NCBI GenBank assembly: GCA_963805855.1
Contig: CAWDVW010000005.1
Span: 512,001-576,000 of the forward strand
Source: Candidatus Dadabacteria bacterium
Lineage (GTDB): Bacteria > Desulfobacterota_D > UBA1144 > Nemesobacterales > CSP1-2
Direction: 5' to 3'
Length of the DNA stretch: 64,000 nt
The notes beneath the pieces were generated by a model, which was given only the letters and a program-made list of their open reading frames with translations, was not told where the DNA came from and did not search any database. Numbering within the stretch: position 1 is the first letter of the stretch; each line of letters begins with the position of its first letter. This document shows, in pieces, positions 11,632 through 20,693 of the stretch. The position numbers were made by a program, and so were the translations under genes.

Positions 11632-12765
11632 TTATGTCCTTTCGGACAGCAGCTTGCTTTCGAGATAACGTTCACATATCAGATAAAACTTCACCATCGA
11701 ATCAATATCGACCCACTCGTCTTCAGAATGTAGTTCTCCTACGAGGGGACGGGAAATGATAACAGGGATTCCATAGCCTTGAATAAACCTTGAGTCGCTC
11801 GCGCCGTCTTCCCGGATGAAGGACGCCGGTTCCCCAGTGACCTCCTCAATGGCTTTTTCAAAAAGGGCATCAGGGTTGAATTCCGTAGGCTCAGAAGAGA
11901 GGATTACATTAGTTTCGATATGACTTCCTAAGACCTGCGTAATCTCGCCAAGCATCTGATCAACTGTAAAGGGAGGCGGAAATCGGATATCCAGATCGGC
12001 CTTTGCTATAGAAGGAATTCTGTTGGTTGCCACGTTAGGAGTTTCGACCCTGGTTAATGTGCATGTTGGATACCAGTGATCACCATCATGTTTCAATGCG
12101 AGGAAATGTCTTTTTAGTGATGTTACTCTTTCGAGCAATTTCTCCAACGGATTATCACCCAGCCATGGCCTTGCAGCATGGCTCGAGTGGCCAAGACAAA
12201 TAAGATGAAGATGAATTACTCCCTTTTCAGCGACGGTGATTTCATTCAATGAACCTCCATCAGGAACGATCGCCGTACCGCAACGAAGGCCTGCTTCATC
12301 AAAGAGATAACCCATACCAGAACTTCCACCTTGTTCTTCATCCGAAGTAACAGCAAGTCCCAGCGAAACGCCAGGATATAAGCGATGGAAATTGATAAAT
12401 AGCTCAAGCATTATAGCCAATGCTCCCTTCATGTCACCCGATCCCGCCCCATATATCCGACCGTCGGTGATTTCCGGATCATATACCTCCACATCTCCAT
12501 GAGACACGACATCCAGGTGAGAAACCAAGAGAACCTCAGGTTTCCCTATTTTTTTGGGTAATGCCACAAGCGAAGGAATGTTGTTGCGCCGGTATTCCTT
12601 AATGTGCACGCTATGTAGTGTCTTGATATAATTCCTAACAAATGCAATACAGCGCTCGATATCATCTGGTCTTGATGCCGTACTCGGTATCAAAATAAGA
12701 TCCCTGGTCAGAGCAATTAGGCGTTCTCGCACACCCTGGTCGTCTTCGTCCCTAGTCTCTATCAT
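11632..12765 (-). CDS. M20 family metallopeptidase/deacylase (ArgE/DapE-like)
   Basis: SHLDVV, GSGDMKG, SDEEQGG, GHSSHAARPW and terminal HSEDEWV motifs. Confidence 0.9.
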   Translation of the reverse strand: MIETRDEDDQGVRERLIALTRDLILIPSTASRPDDIERCIAFVRNYIKTLHSVHIKEYRRNNIPSLVALPKKIGKPEVLLVSHLDVVSHGDVEVYDPEITDGRIYGAGSGDMKGALAIMLELFINFHRLYPGVSLGLAVTSDEEQGGSSGMGYLFDEAGLRCGTAIVPDGGSLNEITVAEKGVIHLHLICLGHSSHAARPWLGDNPLEKLLERVTSLKRHFLALKHDGDHWYPTCTLTRVETPNVATNRIPSIAKADLDIRFPPPFTVDQMLGEITQVLGSHIETNVILSSEPTEFNPDALFEKAIEEVTGEPASFIREDGASDSRFIQGYGIPVIISRPLVGELHSEDEWVDIDSMVKFYLICERYLESKLLSERT

Positions 12766-14116
12766 ATTGCCATTTTATTGGAAGCACCGCACTAAGATTT
12801 TCAAGTGCCTCAATACATGTATTGATATTCTTCGCCAAATATAAAAACTGTCCCTTAATCACCTTTCCACTTTCATTCAGATTAAAATTAATGGGTAAAA
12901 ATCCCTCAGATTTTCCGGGACAATAGAGGGCACCGGCCCTATCAATCAATTTGAGTAGTTCCTCTCCTTCGATCGGAATATCTGTTTTAACGTTTCGCAT
13001 GAGCCAAGCTCCATTGGGTATAAAACGACGAGAGAGAACAGATGGATAAGTCGCTCCGGTCACGCGGGCGTTAATTTCACATATTCTAACTTCAAACTTT
13101 CCCAGCCGCCTTACTACCAGAAAATCGACGCTTGCTGTACCACGGTAACCATTTGTATAAAGCCATTCGCCTGCCAGAGCTGCCTGGAGGATCAGCTCAT
13201 CCTCCAACCCGGTATAACTCGCAAGGTAGGGCGGTGGCGCAATATTCCCTTCATGGATGCTATCTTTACTGAGTATTTGTTCCGTTATGTCATATATATG
13301 GATTGATTGATCACCGACAAACAACTGAACACTAGGGGAATCCACACTTTCTATTCCCTGGAAACCAGGGCATATCCATCCCTGAATCAGGCAAGGTCCT
13401 TCATAAAACATATATTCCGGCAAATCGAGGTCCTGCATGCAAGTTTCGAGACGGATCATACCAATTCCTGAAGCTCCGATTTGAGATTTAGCCACTGCTC
13501 TCTCATATCCATTCTCGCGCAGGGCATTTAAGCAGCGCTTTGCATCAAATGGTGACGCGGCTACCTCGGTATCAAAAACAGGTAGGCCCCTCTCTAAAAG
13601 GTAATAATGTAGTTGAAGCTTGTTGTTCGCCTTACGGCATTCATCTTCTGTGTTTATAGGCGACTTATTTAATTTACGGGACCATAACACCAGTCTTTTG
13701 TCTGTAACAAAGCCATCGGTCCATTTTGCCGGGTGTGAGGATATTCTACCCATCACATTTTCGATTTCATCGGGATTAAATTTAGTTCTACAATCCTCAT
13801 CAATAGCCTCGTAAGATTCCCTCGGAAGTATTATAAAGTCAGGAAGGCTTAATTTTAAAACCTCCTGCTGGTAATTTAATATCGATTCATTAGGTTCTTT
13901 CTCCAGAATAAGTAGATTCCTCCCACCCTGAAACAATATGTCAATCACAGGAATCAGTCTTCCACCGTAAGTTCTCGCGCCCGATACCTCTTTATTAAGT
14001 TGGTTCATTTGCTCGATGTTCCCAAAGAACATAGACATCAAATTTGCAAAAAACACAACTGATCTGTCCCAAAATGCTGGGAGTCCTCCAGGATGGATGT
14101 AGGTCTGAACCGTCAA
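12752..14116 (-). CDS. ATP-grasp ligase of uncharacterised type (PGM1-like peptide-ligase style)
   Basis: ANNK, AKSQIGASGIG, SPSVQ, HEGN, GYRGTASVDF and CEINARVTGATY motifs. AGGAG RBS before TTG; overlaps the M20 gene by 14 nt. Confidence 0.75.
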   Translation of the reverse strand: MTVQTYIHPGGLPAFWDRSVVFFANLMSMFFGNIEQMNQLNKEVSGARTYGGRLIPVIDILFQGGRNLLILEKEPNESILNYQQEVLKLSLPDFIILPRESYEAIDEDCRTKFNPDEIENVMGRISSHPAKWTDGFVTDKRLVLWSRKLNKSPINTEDECRKANNKLQLHYYLLERGLPVFDTEVAASPFDAKRCLNALRENGYERAVAKSQIGASGIGMIRLETCMQDLDLPEYMFYEGPCLIQGWICPGFQGIESVDSPSVQLFVGDQSIHIYDITEQILSKDSIHEGNIAPPPYLASYTGLEDELILQAALAGEWLYTNGYRGTASVDFLVVRRLGKFEVRICEINARVTGATYPSVLSRRFIPNGAWLMRNVKTDIPIEGEELLKLIDRAGALYCPGKSEGFLPINFNLNESGKVIKGQFLYLAKNINTCIEALENLSAVLPIKWQYDRD

Positions 14117-14197
14117 TCTTTACTCCTACTACAGCATGTCTTCACTCCGTTGAAATTCTACCAATTTTTATGATCGATTAGAAGGCAAAAGCTTAAC

Positions 14198-14410
14198 TGG
14201 GGATCCAGCCCCTGTTGTCATCCCCGAGGATTTCTGTCGGGGATCCACATCATCTTGTAAGATTTCTAGCGAATTTCGGACAGCCTTGTCCTGAGCCTGC
14301 ATTGAGCCCTGAGTAATACCGAGGGGTCAAAAGGGAAAGTCCTAGAATGTTATTTCTTTTTTGTTTTTACACTTTGACCCTTCGATAAACTCAGGGCTAA
14401 GTGCGAGCGA
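14198..14410. repeat. Cluster of REP-like palindromes (families B and A)
   Basis: gtcatccccgaggatttctgtcggggatcc matches 55584; cctgagcc...gtcaaaaggg and an inverted cccttcgataaactcaggg copy follow. Confidence 0.8.
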
Positions 14411-14476
14411 GGTTTTCAAACTCCTAATGCGATAGACGAAGAAATGTTGGCGTTCGCCGTCAGGTTACAATATTTT

Positions 14477-14788
14477 CTATATTTTCACTTCGCTGATCTG
14501 AATTGCGGGCCGAATATCGGTGTAGTTTGGGAGATCTCCCATAATAGCCTCAGCGTGTGGCCCAAAAGCCGCTTGAAATGCCTCTACAGAATCGAAATAT
14601 AGATGGCCCATGGCAACGTAAGTCGCCCGTGATCCGGGCTCCGCGCCAGCCAGTCCCTGTTCTACAGCCACGCCTTTGCACTGAGCTCCTAACTTTTCCT
14701 GGACCATGGGTATGTGCTTGTTGCAGTAGTACTCCATGTCAAATGTTTTGCCTTCGTCATTCGGATAAAAGACGCTAATTTTTATCAT
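14477..14788 (-). CDS. EthD family reductase-like protein
   Basis: MIKISVFYP...FDMEYYCNKHIPMV...DLPNYTDIRPAIQISEV. Confidence 0.88.
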   Translation of the reverse strand: MIKISVFYPNDEGKTFDMEYYCNKHIPMVQEKLGAQCKGVAVEQGLAGAEPGSRATYVAMGHLYFDSVEAFQAAFGPHAEAIMGDLPNYTDIRPAIQISEVKI

Positions 14789-14976
14789 AATTTGTTAACC
14801 CCTATATTAAGATTTTTACTAGGTAAACATGCAAACGTTTTTCGTATTTCACCGCATTACTCGTCACATCTGCTCTTAATAACGCTGGCAGTGAAACTCG
14901 AGCGGGAGGTTTGAAATGGGCTTTCTCGTACCGCATTTTACTTGGCCCCAAACAGCCCAAAAATTGTTTCCGTTTC

Positions 14977-15963
14977 TCAAGAAACCTGACTCCCCATCAC
15001 TTTATTAATGTGCTTACCTATACGTTCAGAGAAGCTAAAGATTGATCGCAACGGTACGAATCCCGCTACTCTGTATTCACCAACAGATTTCATCCCGGCC
15101 GACGCCATACACCCGCATTGCGAACAATCGGGTTCTCCACCCAGCTGGCAAGGAGTAATCTTGCTTTTTAAATCTGCTGTAACGCTTAGATTAGCTCGAG
15201 TAAAAATGCAATCGCTCGGTGATTTTGGGGGATCGAGGTACCCTTCAACTACGGAATCGGACATATCCATTTTTGGAAATCGATGTCGCAACTCGGCAAG
15301 TTCCTGCACGACTCTTACTCGTTCCTGCGGCGTAAGGATCTCTCCTGCCATTGCATTTTTTTGAGGTGTAAAAAGGCTGAACCAAATTGTATTCACCTCT
15401 GGCCGTTCTGACCAAAACGTTAAGAACTGCTCAAAGTAATCTGGCCTTCTAGCCATCTGACTCGTCACGGTGCAGTGAACAGTGATTGCATGGCCTGAAA
15501 TACTTTTAAGAATACGATCATAGGTCGCGGGCGCTCTTCTTACGTCGTGCTCAGGCTGCAGGCCATCTATAGAGACCGCCACACGTAATCGATCTATGCG
15601 ACTCCATGATTTTGGAATTTCACGGACAGCACTGGTTACGACCATGGTTGTGATGCCCTTTTTACTTATCTCCGGGAGTATGGCATCCAATTCCCTATAT
15701 CGCACCAGAGGCTCACCACCGACAATTGAGACATAAACTGGACGGTGTTGTTGCACGAGGTTCAAAACGCCATCTATCAGCTTTTGACCTTTGTAGTCAG
15801 ATAATTCTATCAACGGCCCTAGCTGATGAAGGTGCTCAGGCTCATACGCATAACAACCCGGGCAGGTCAGTGGGCATGCGCGTGTAATCTCGATAGATAA
15901 AAAGGGAGAGTATCCGGTAAGGATACGTCCCCAAGCGCGCAACGCATCTTTCGTATAACCCAT
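14977..15963 (-). CDS. Radical SAM protein with C-terminal Cys-rich domain
   Basis: CPLTCPGC, GGEP and SIDG motifs; C-terminal C...C...CxxCxC. Confidence 0.88.
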   Translation of the reverse strand: MGYTKDALRAWGRILTGYSPFLSIEITRACPLTCPGCYAYEPEHLHQLGPLIELSDYKGQKLIDGVLNLVQQHRPVYVSIVGGEPLVRYRELDAILPEISKKGITTMVVTSAVREIPKSWSRIDRLRVAVSIDGLQPEHDVRRAPATYDRILKSISGHAITVHCTVTSQMARRPDYFEQFLTFWSERPEVNTIWFSLFTPQKNAMAGEILTPQERVRVVQELAELRHRFPKMDMSDSVVEGYLDPPKSPSDCIFTRANLSVTADLKSKITPCQLGGEPDCSQCGCMASAGMKSVGEYRVAGFVPLRSIFSFSERIGKHINKVMGSQVS

Positions 15964-16203
15964 ATATTTCTCCTTGTGGATGTTTCGGTGCCAATAAACT
16001 CACCACACATTACCAAACAAATGTGATCCTTCCATATTAAATTGACTAATTCAACTCTTTTAAAATCCTTTCAACGATTGTTGGGAATTATAAAGTATCT
16101 ATGGCATTGATTTCAAGTTTTCTAAGAAATACGATATGGATTCAGAGGATAAACTAAACAGTTGCTACCTCTCCCATCACGAGGTTGCATTAAACACATT
16201 CTA

Positions 16204-16221
16204 CGTGATAATATCATCACG
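16204..16221. promoter_or_regulatory. Palindromic operator candidate
   Basis: CGTGAT-N6-ATCACG immediately upstream of the LLM gene RBS, in a divergent intergenic region. Confidence 0.35.
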
Positions 16222-16253
16222 CTACCTTCTAATTGACCGGTAAGGAGATTCGA

Positions 16254-17336
16254 ATGGAAATTGGCTATTTTACAATGCCCTTACATCCTTTGGGTTCTGA
16301 TTACACTCAGACAATCGATGAGGACCTTGAGCAGATAATAATACTCGACCAACTTGGTTTCAAAGAGGCGTGGATCGGGGAACACTTTACAGCAGAATGG
16401 GAGAATATACCCGCACCTGACCTATTCATCGCTAAAGCTATTCCGCTAACTAAAAACATAATACTTGGCACCGGGGTTTCGTGTTTACCAAACCATGATC
16501 CTTTCGTGCTTGCCCACAGAATAGCTGTTCTTGACCATTTGGCTAAAGGAAGATTCTACTGGGGTGTCGGGTCCGGGACCTTTATTGGTGACTTTCAGGC
16601 ATTCGGGATTGACCCAAAAACGGGAGAGCAAAGGGAGTTAACCAGTGAGTCGCTGGATTTTATCCTTGATTTGTGGAATAACCCGAAACCTGGTTTTTAT
16701 GGAAATAACAGATGGAAATTTCGCGTACCAGAACCGCAAAACGACGTGGGACTAAGGGTACATGTTAAACCTTACCAAAGGCCGCACCCACCTATCGCAG
16801 TTGCGGGGCTTACTGAGAAATCCGGCACACTGAGAATAGCAGGGGAGAGGGACTGGATACCTATGAGCATTAACTTTATACCTAAAGATATTTTGATAAC
16901 TCATTGGTCATCTGTTGAAGAGGGAGCTAAAAAGTCAGGCAAATCTCCCGATCGTTCAAAGTGGAGAATCGCAAGGGACATTTATGTAGCCGACACCACT
17001 GAAGAGGCAAAAAAGGAGGTTAAGGAAGGAACCCTAGCGAGAGACTTTACCGATTACTTTTTCAAAATAGTACCAAAAATAAGAGGCAACTTAGATATCT
17101 TTAAAGTCGATAAATCCATGGCTGATTCAGACGTAACCCCGGATTATATGATTGACAATATATGGCTGGTCGGAAGCCCCGACGATCTGGTGGAACGAAT
17201 AAAGGAACTCTACGACCACGTTGGGGGTTTTGGTGTGTTGCTGGTAATGGGACACGAATGGAAACCCAAAGACAAGTGGGTTCGGTGCATGAAGCTTTTG
17301 GTTGAAGAGGTAATGCCGAGGTTACGGAATCTCTAA
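16254..17336 (+). CDS. Luciferase-like (LLM) flavin-dependent monooxygenase
   Basis: GYFTMPLHP, AWIGEH, LDHLAKGR and PYQRPHPPI motifs. Start set at ATG 16254 after AAGGAG. Confidence 0.9.
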   Translation: MEIGYFTMPLHPLGSDYTQTIDEDLEQIIILDQLGFKEAWIGEHFTAEWENIPAPDLFIAKAIPLTKNIILGTGVSCLPNHDPFVLAHRIAVLDHLAKGRFYWGVGSGTFIGDFQAFGIDPKTGEQRELTSESLDFILDLWNNPKPGFYGNNRWKFRVPEPQNDVGLRVHVKPYQRPHPPIAVAGLTEKSGTLRIAGERDWIPMSINFIPKDILITHWSSVEEGAKKSGKSPDRSKWRIARDIYVADTTEEAKKEVKEGTLARDFTDYFFKIVPKIRGNLDIFKVDKSMADSDVTPDYMIDNIWLVGSPDDLVERIKELYDHVGGFGVLLVMGHEWKPKDKWVRCMKLLVEEVMPRLRNL

Positions 17337-17353
17337 TTCTTCTCTCACACCTT

Positions 17354-17475
17354 TGTCATCCCCGAATGTTCTTCGATAAGTGCATATGAGCAGGAGTTTA
17401 ATCCGGATTCGGCGGCGTCATGTACGTCGCAGCAGATTTAGTTCAGACTTCGACTCGACTTAGTGTGATCGGGGT
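17354..17475. repeat. Degenerate REP-like elements (families B and A)
   Basis: tgtcatccccga... and agacttcgactcgacttagtgtgatcgggg, the reverse-complement match of the element at 38168. Confidence 0.6.
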
Positions 17476-17660
17476 TTTTCGAAACTCGGATTTTTTGAAA
17501 AGCAAACTTCGCGTTTATAACTTTGCAATGCGTGAGTTTGACCTCCTTCAAAAGTGCTCACGCCAAACATGAGGCCTTGTCCTTTCCAGAGAATATCGAA
17601 ACTACTGCACTACTGCCGAATTAAATTAACGAAAGCTTGAAGTTAAATTGAATCGTCAAA

Positions 17661-19253
17661 TCAGAACCAGGACGGGCGTTTGTGTCTACTACGACCACGT
17701 GAACTAGTCCTTGTTCTTCCCCCTAAACCAAAAACACCCAGTATTCCCCTAGTAAGTTCCCTTGCTACCGTTCTTCCGATTTGCCTGGTGACCGTGCTGT
17801 CCATAACGGTCTCCAGGGTGCCTTTGTCGCTCGATGACCTTGAGCGTCCTGCCTTCTCCTGCTCTTTTGCCAGCTCGTCTTGCTTCTCCTTTTCCCTAAA
17901 CTCATCTATCTTTTGTGAGAGCATTTCATATGCGCTTTCGCGGTCGAGGGATTCATCATATTTCTGAACGAGCCTCGAATTTCGAATCACACTTTCGATC
18001 TCCTCCCCAGCCAAAATGTCCATTCTGGAACTCGGCGCACGCAACTTAGTCGCCACAAGGGGAGTCGGAACCCCCTTTTCATTTAAAACCGTAATCATGG
18101 CTTCACCAATACCAAGAGAGGTTATGAGTTCATCCGTTTTATAGAACTCTGAAACAGGGTAATTTTCGGAAACTAGTTTTATATCTTTCCTGTCTTTAGC
18201 AGTAAATGCCCTGAGGGCATGCTGAACCTTCATACCCAGCTGACTCAGTACGGCCGCTGGTATATCTCTAGGCGTTTGAGTGCAGAAAAAGATACCGACT
18301 CCCTTTGAGCGAATAAGCTTCATAACGGTTTCAATCTGATCTAAAAGTGCCTGCGAGGCTTCGTCGAAAATCAGGTGTGCCTCGTCTATAAAAATGACAA
18401 GTTTTGGATACTCCAGATCCCCCTCCTCAGGAAAGCTTGAATAAATTTCAGCAAGAAGAGAAAGCATGAACGTTGAGAATAACTTAGGACGACCTTGTAT
18501 ATCCGTTAACCTGAGAATAGAAATCACTCCATACCCATTTTCATCGATCCTGAGCAAGTCATCAACCTCAAAGGATTTCTCACCGAAAAAGATTTCTGCA
18601 CCCTGCTGCTCTAATTCGATTACCTTCCTTAAGATTGCTCCGGCCGTTGTCGTAGCAATCAGGCCATACGTGTTTTCGATGTCCTCCTTACCTTCATTCG
18701 TAATGTATTGAATGACCTTTTTAAAATCCTTTAGATCGAGAAGTGGTAGTCCCTGATCGTCACAATATTTGAAAATGAGTGATACTACACTAGCCTGTGT
18801 TTCGTTAAGTCCTAGTATTTTCGCGAACAATACAGGACCAAACTCCGACACCGTCGCTCGAAGTCTTACACCTCTTTCATCTGATAGTGTTAAAAGCTCA
18901 ACGGGAAATCCTTTTGGAGAATACGGGATACCAATCTCGCGGTGTCTCTCTTCAATCTTTGGATTAGCGATGCCAGGCCTTGCAAGACCACTCAGGTCTC
19001 CCTTAATATCCATCAATAAAACTGGGATGCTTTTTTCTGAAAGGCCCTCGGCTATCGATTGCAGGGTTTTTGTTTTTCCTGTTCCGGTCGCACCGGCTAT
19101 GAGTCCATGACGATTGAGCATCGCTATAGGAACACTTATCAAACAATCGGAAATACATTCCCCATCCAGCATCGCGCCACCTAAAATGACGGATTCTCCC
19201 TCAGCGCTGTATCCCTGATGAATTTGATCCCTAAAATCTTTTAACCTATCCAT
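17661..19253 (-). CDS. DUF853/YjgR family HerA-like ATPase
   Basis: NRHGLIAGATGTGKTKTLQ, FIDEAHL, LIRSKGVG and QHALRAFT motifs. Confidence 0.92.
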   Translation of the reverse strand: MDRLKDFRDQIHQGYSAEGESVILGGAMLDGECISDCLISVPIAMLNRHGLIAGATGTGKTKTLQSIAEGLSEKSIPVLLMDIKGDLSGLARPGIANPKIEERHREIGIPYSPKGFPVELLTLSDERGVRLRATVSEFGPVLFAKILGLNETQASVVSLIFKYCDDQGLPLLDLKDFKKVIQYITNEGKEDIENTYGLIATTTAGAILRKVIELEQQGAEIFFGEKSFEVDDLLRIDENGYGVISILRLTDIQGRPKLFSTFMLSLLAEIYSSFPEEGDLEYPKLVIFIDEAHLIFDEASQALLDQIETVMKLIRSKGVGIFFCTQTPRDIPAAVLSQLGMKVQHALRAFTAKDRKDIKLVSENYPVSEFYKTDELITSLGIGEAMITVLNEKGVPTPLVATKLRAPSSRMDILAGEEIESVIRNSRLVQKYDESLDRESAYEMLSQKIDEFREKEKQDELAKEQEKAGRSRSSSDKGTLETVMDSTVTRQIGRTVARELTRGILGVFGLGGRTRTSSRGRSRHKRPSWF

Positions 19254-19517
19254 TTTCGTTTCCTTACCTTTACAACGATAAGTAACTTGAGAAAATCAAG
19301 TTTGGATGAATAATATAAGTACTGATACATTGTGTCAATTTAAAACGATCTTTCAATGAAATGCTAAATAAACGGGTTAATCGTAATATTAAGCGCAATA
19401 GGCTTCTCGAGTGATTACAGTTTATCTATTCATTTATGTTTTATTTATCTCGATTTTCAATAAATCCCGTTTTTAAAATACCGATAAAAATTCTTCATCT
19501 CCAAAGGAGTATCCACT

Positions 19518-19859
19518 ATGATATTGATTGTCAGTTGGATTTTAAGCGCTTTAAGCCTGGTGATAGTGGCTCACCTCATCCCGGGGTTTGAAATCAAAAA
19601 CTTTTGGTCTGCTCTCTTGGCAGCGGTTGTGATTGGCTTAATTAATGCAACGCTCGGATTTATATTAAAGATCCTTACTCTTCCAATCTCAATCCTTACC
19701 TTCGGAATTTTTCTCTTTGTTATAAATGCACTGATGCTTAGGTTCGCGACTTTTTTTGTCCCTGGCTTTGAAGTCAACAGTTTCTGGTCAGCGTTCTTCG
19801 GTGCAATAGTCCTTGCTATTTTAAATATGATCTTGAAGGGTCTTGTATTTGGTGAATAG
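19518..19859 (+). CDS. YvlD-like 4-TM membrane protein (phage holin family annotation)
   Basis: AL.AA.VIGLINA, LTLPISILTFGIFLFVINA and PGFEV..FWSA motifs. Confidence 0.85.
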   Translation: MILIVSWILSALSLVIVAHLIPGFEIKNFWSALLAAVVIGLINATLGFILKILTLPISILTFGIFLFVINALMLRFATFFVPGFEVNSFWSAFFGAIVLAILNMILKGLVFGE

Positions 19860-19908
19860 GAGTGGCCAGATAAAATGTAAGTTATCATAACCGAATACGG
19901 AGAATCTC

Positions 19909-20643
19909 ATGAATGAAAAGGTTGCATTAATAACAGGGGGGGCAAAGGGTATTGGAAGAGCCATAGGCCTTAGACTTGCCGAGCAGGGTTGGTCTATCGC
20001 TATTTGTTATAGGAAATCTGGCGCTGAAGCTGAGAAAACAAAACAAGAGATTGAGGAATTGGGAAGCAAATGTATTTCAATTCAGTGCGATGTCTCAGAT
20101 CCAAAGGCGGCTGAGGGATTTGTAGAAAGTGTGGAGAGCAAATGGGAACATATTGATGCATTAATAAACTGTGCCGGTCCGTATCACCGAGTAAATCTCC
20201 TCCAAGAAACATCAGAAGGGTGGCATTCAATGTTTGACAATAACCTTCATCCGGTCTTTTACCTCACCAAAGCTGTATCGCGAGGAATGATTGAGCGAAA
20301 TTGGGGACGTATTGTGAACTTCAGCATGGCGAACGCAGATCAAATGGTCGCCCAACCGAACCTAACCGCGCATTATATCGCAAAGGTGGGGGTTCTGATA
20401 CTTACCCGATCGTTAGCACGCACACTGGCTCCTCATGGAATAACCGTAAATGCCATCTCGCCTGGTTTTATTGACTCAGGGAGTGCACCTAAAGAAGAGC
20501 TGGAAGCTATGGTCAAGCGAATCCCAGCCGGTTATATAGGTAGTACAAAGGACGCCGTTGAAGCCGTTACGTTCCTCCTTTCAGACGAAGCGCGGTATGT
20601 AAACGGTACCAATATTCACCTTAGCGGTGGATGGGGAATATAG
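19909..20643 (+). CDS. Short-chain dehydrogenase/reductase (TmpR/pteridine reductase-like)
   Basis: TGGAKGIG, YIAK (YxxxK) and NAISPG motifs. Confidence 0.85.
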   Translation: MNEKVALITGGAKGIGRAIGLRLAEQGWSIAICYRKSGAEAEKTKQEIEELGSKCISIQCDVSDPKAAEGFVESVESKWEHIDALINCAGPYHRVNLLQETSEGWHSMFDNNLHPVFYLTKAVSRGMIERNWGRIVNFSMANADQMVAQPNLTAHYIAKVGVLILTRSLARTLAPHGITVNAISPGFIDSGSAPKEELEAMVKRIPAGYIGSTKDAVEAVTFLLSDEARYVNGTNIHLSGGWGI

Positions 20644-20693
20644 TAAGTTTGTAGCACCAGAGCGACGGCCGTTAAAAACCCAGAGTGCCCCAT

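Noticed and set aside
17661-19253. HerA-type defence or conjugation ATPase
   Set aside because: Motifs match the widespread stand-alone DUF853/YjgR family, with no nuclease or T4SS partner adjacent.
19518-19859. Prophage signal from a phage-holin-family gene
   Set aside because: YvlD-like membrane proteins are common chromosomal genes, and no phage genes lie nearby.
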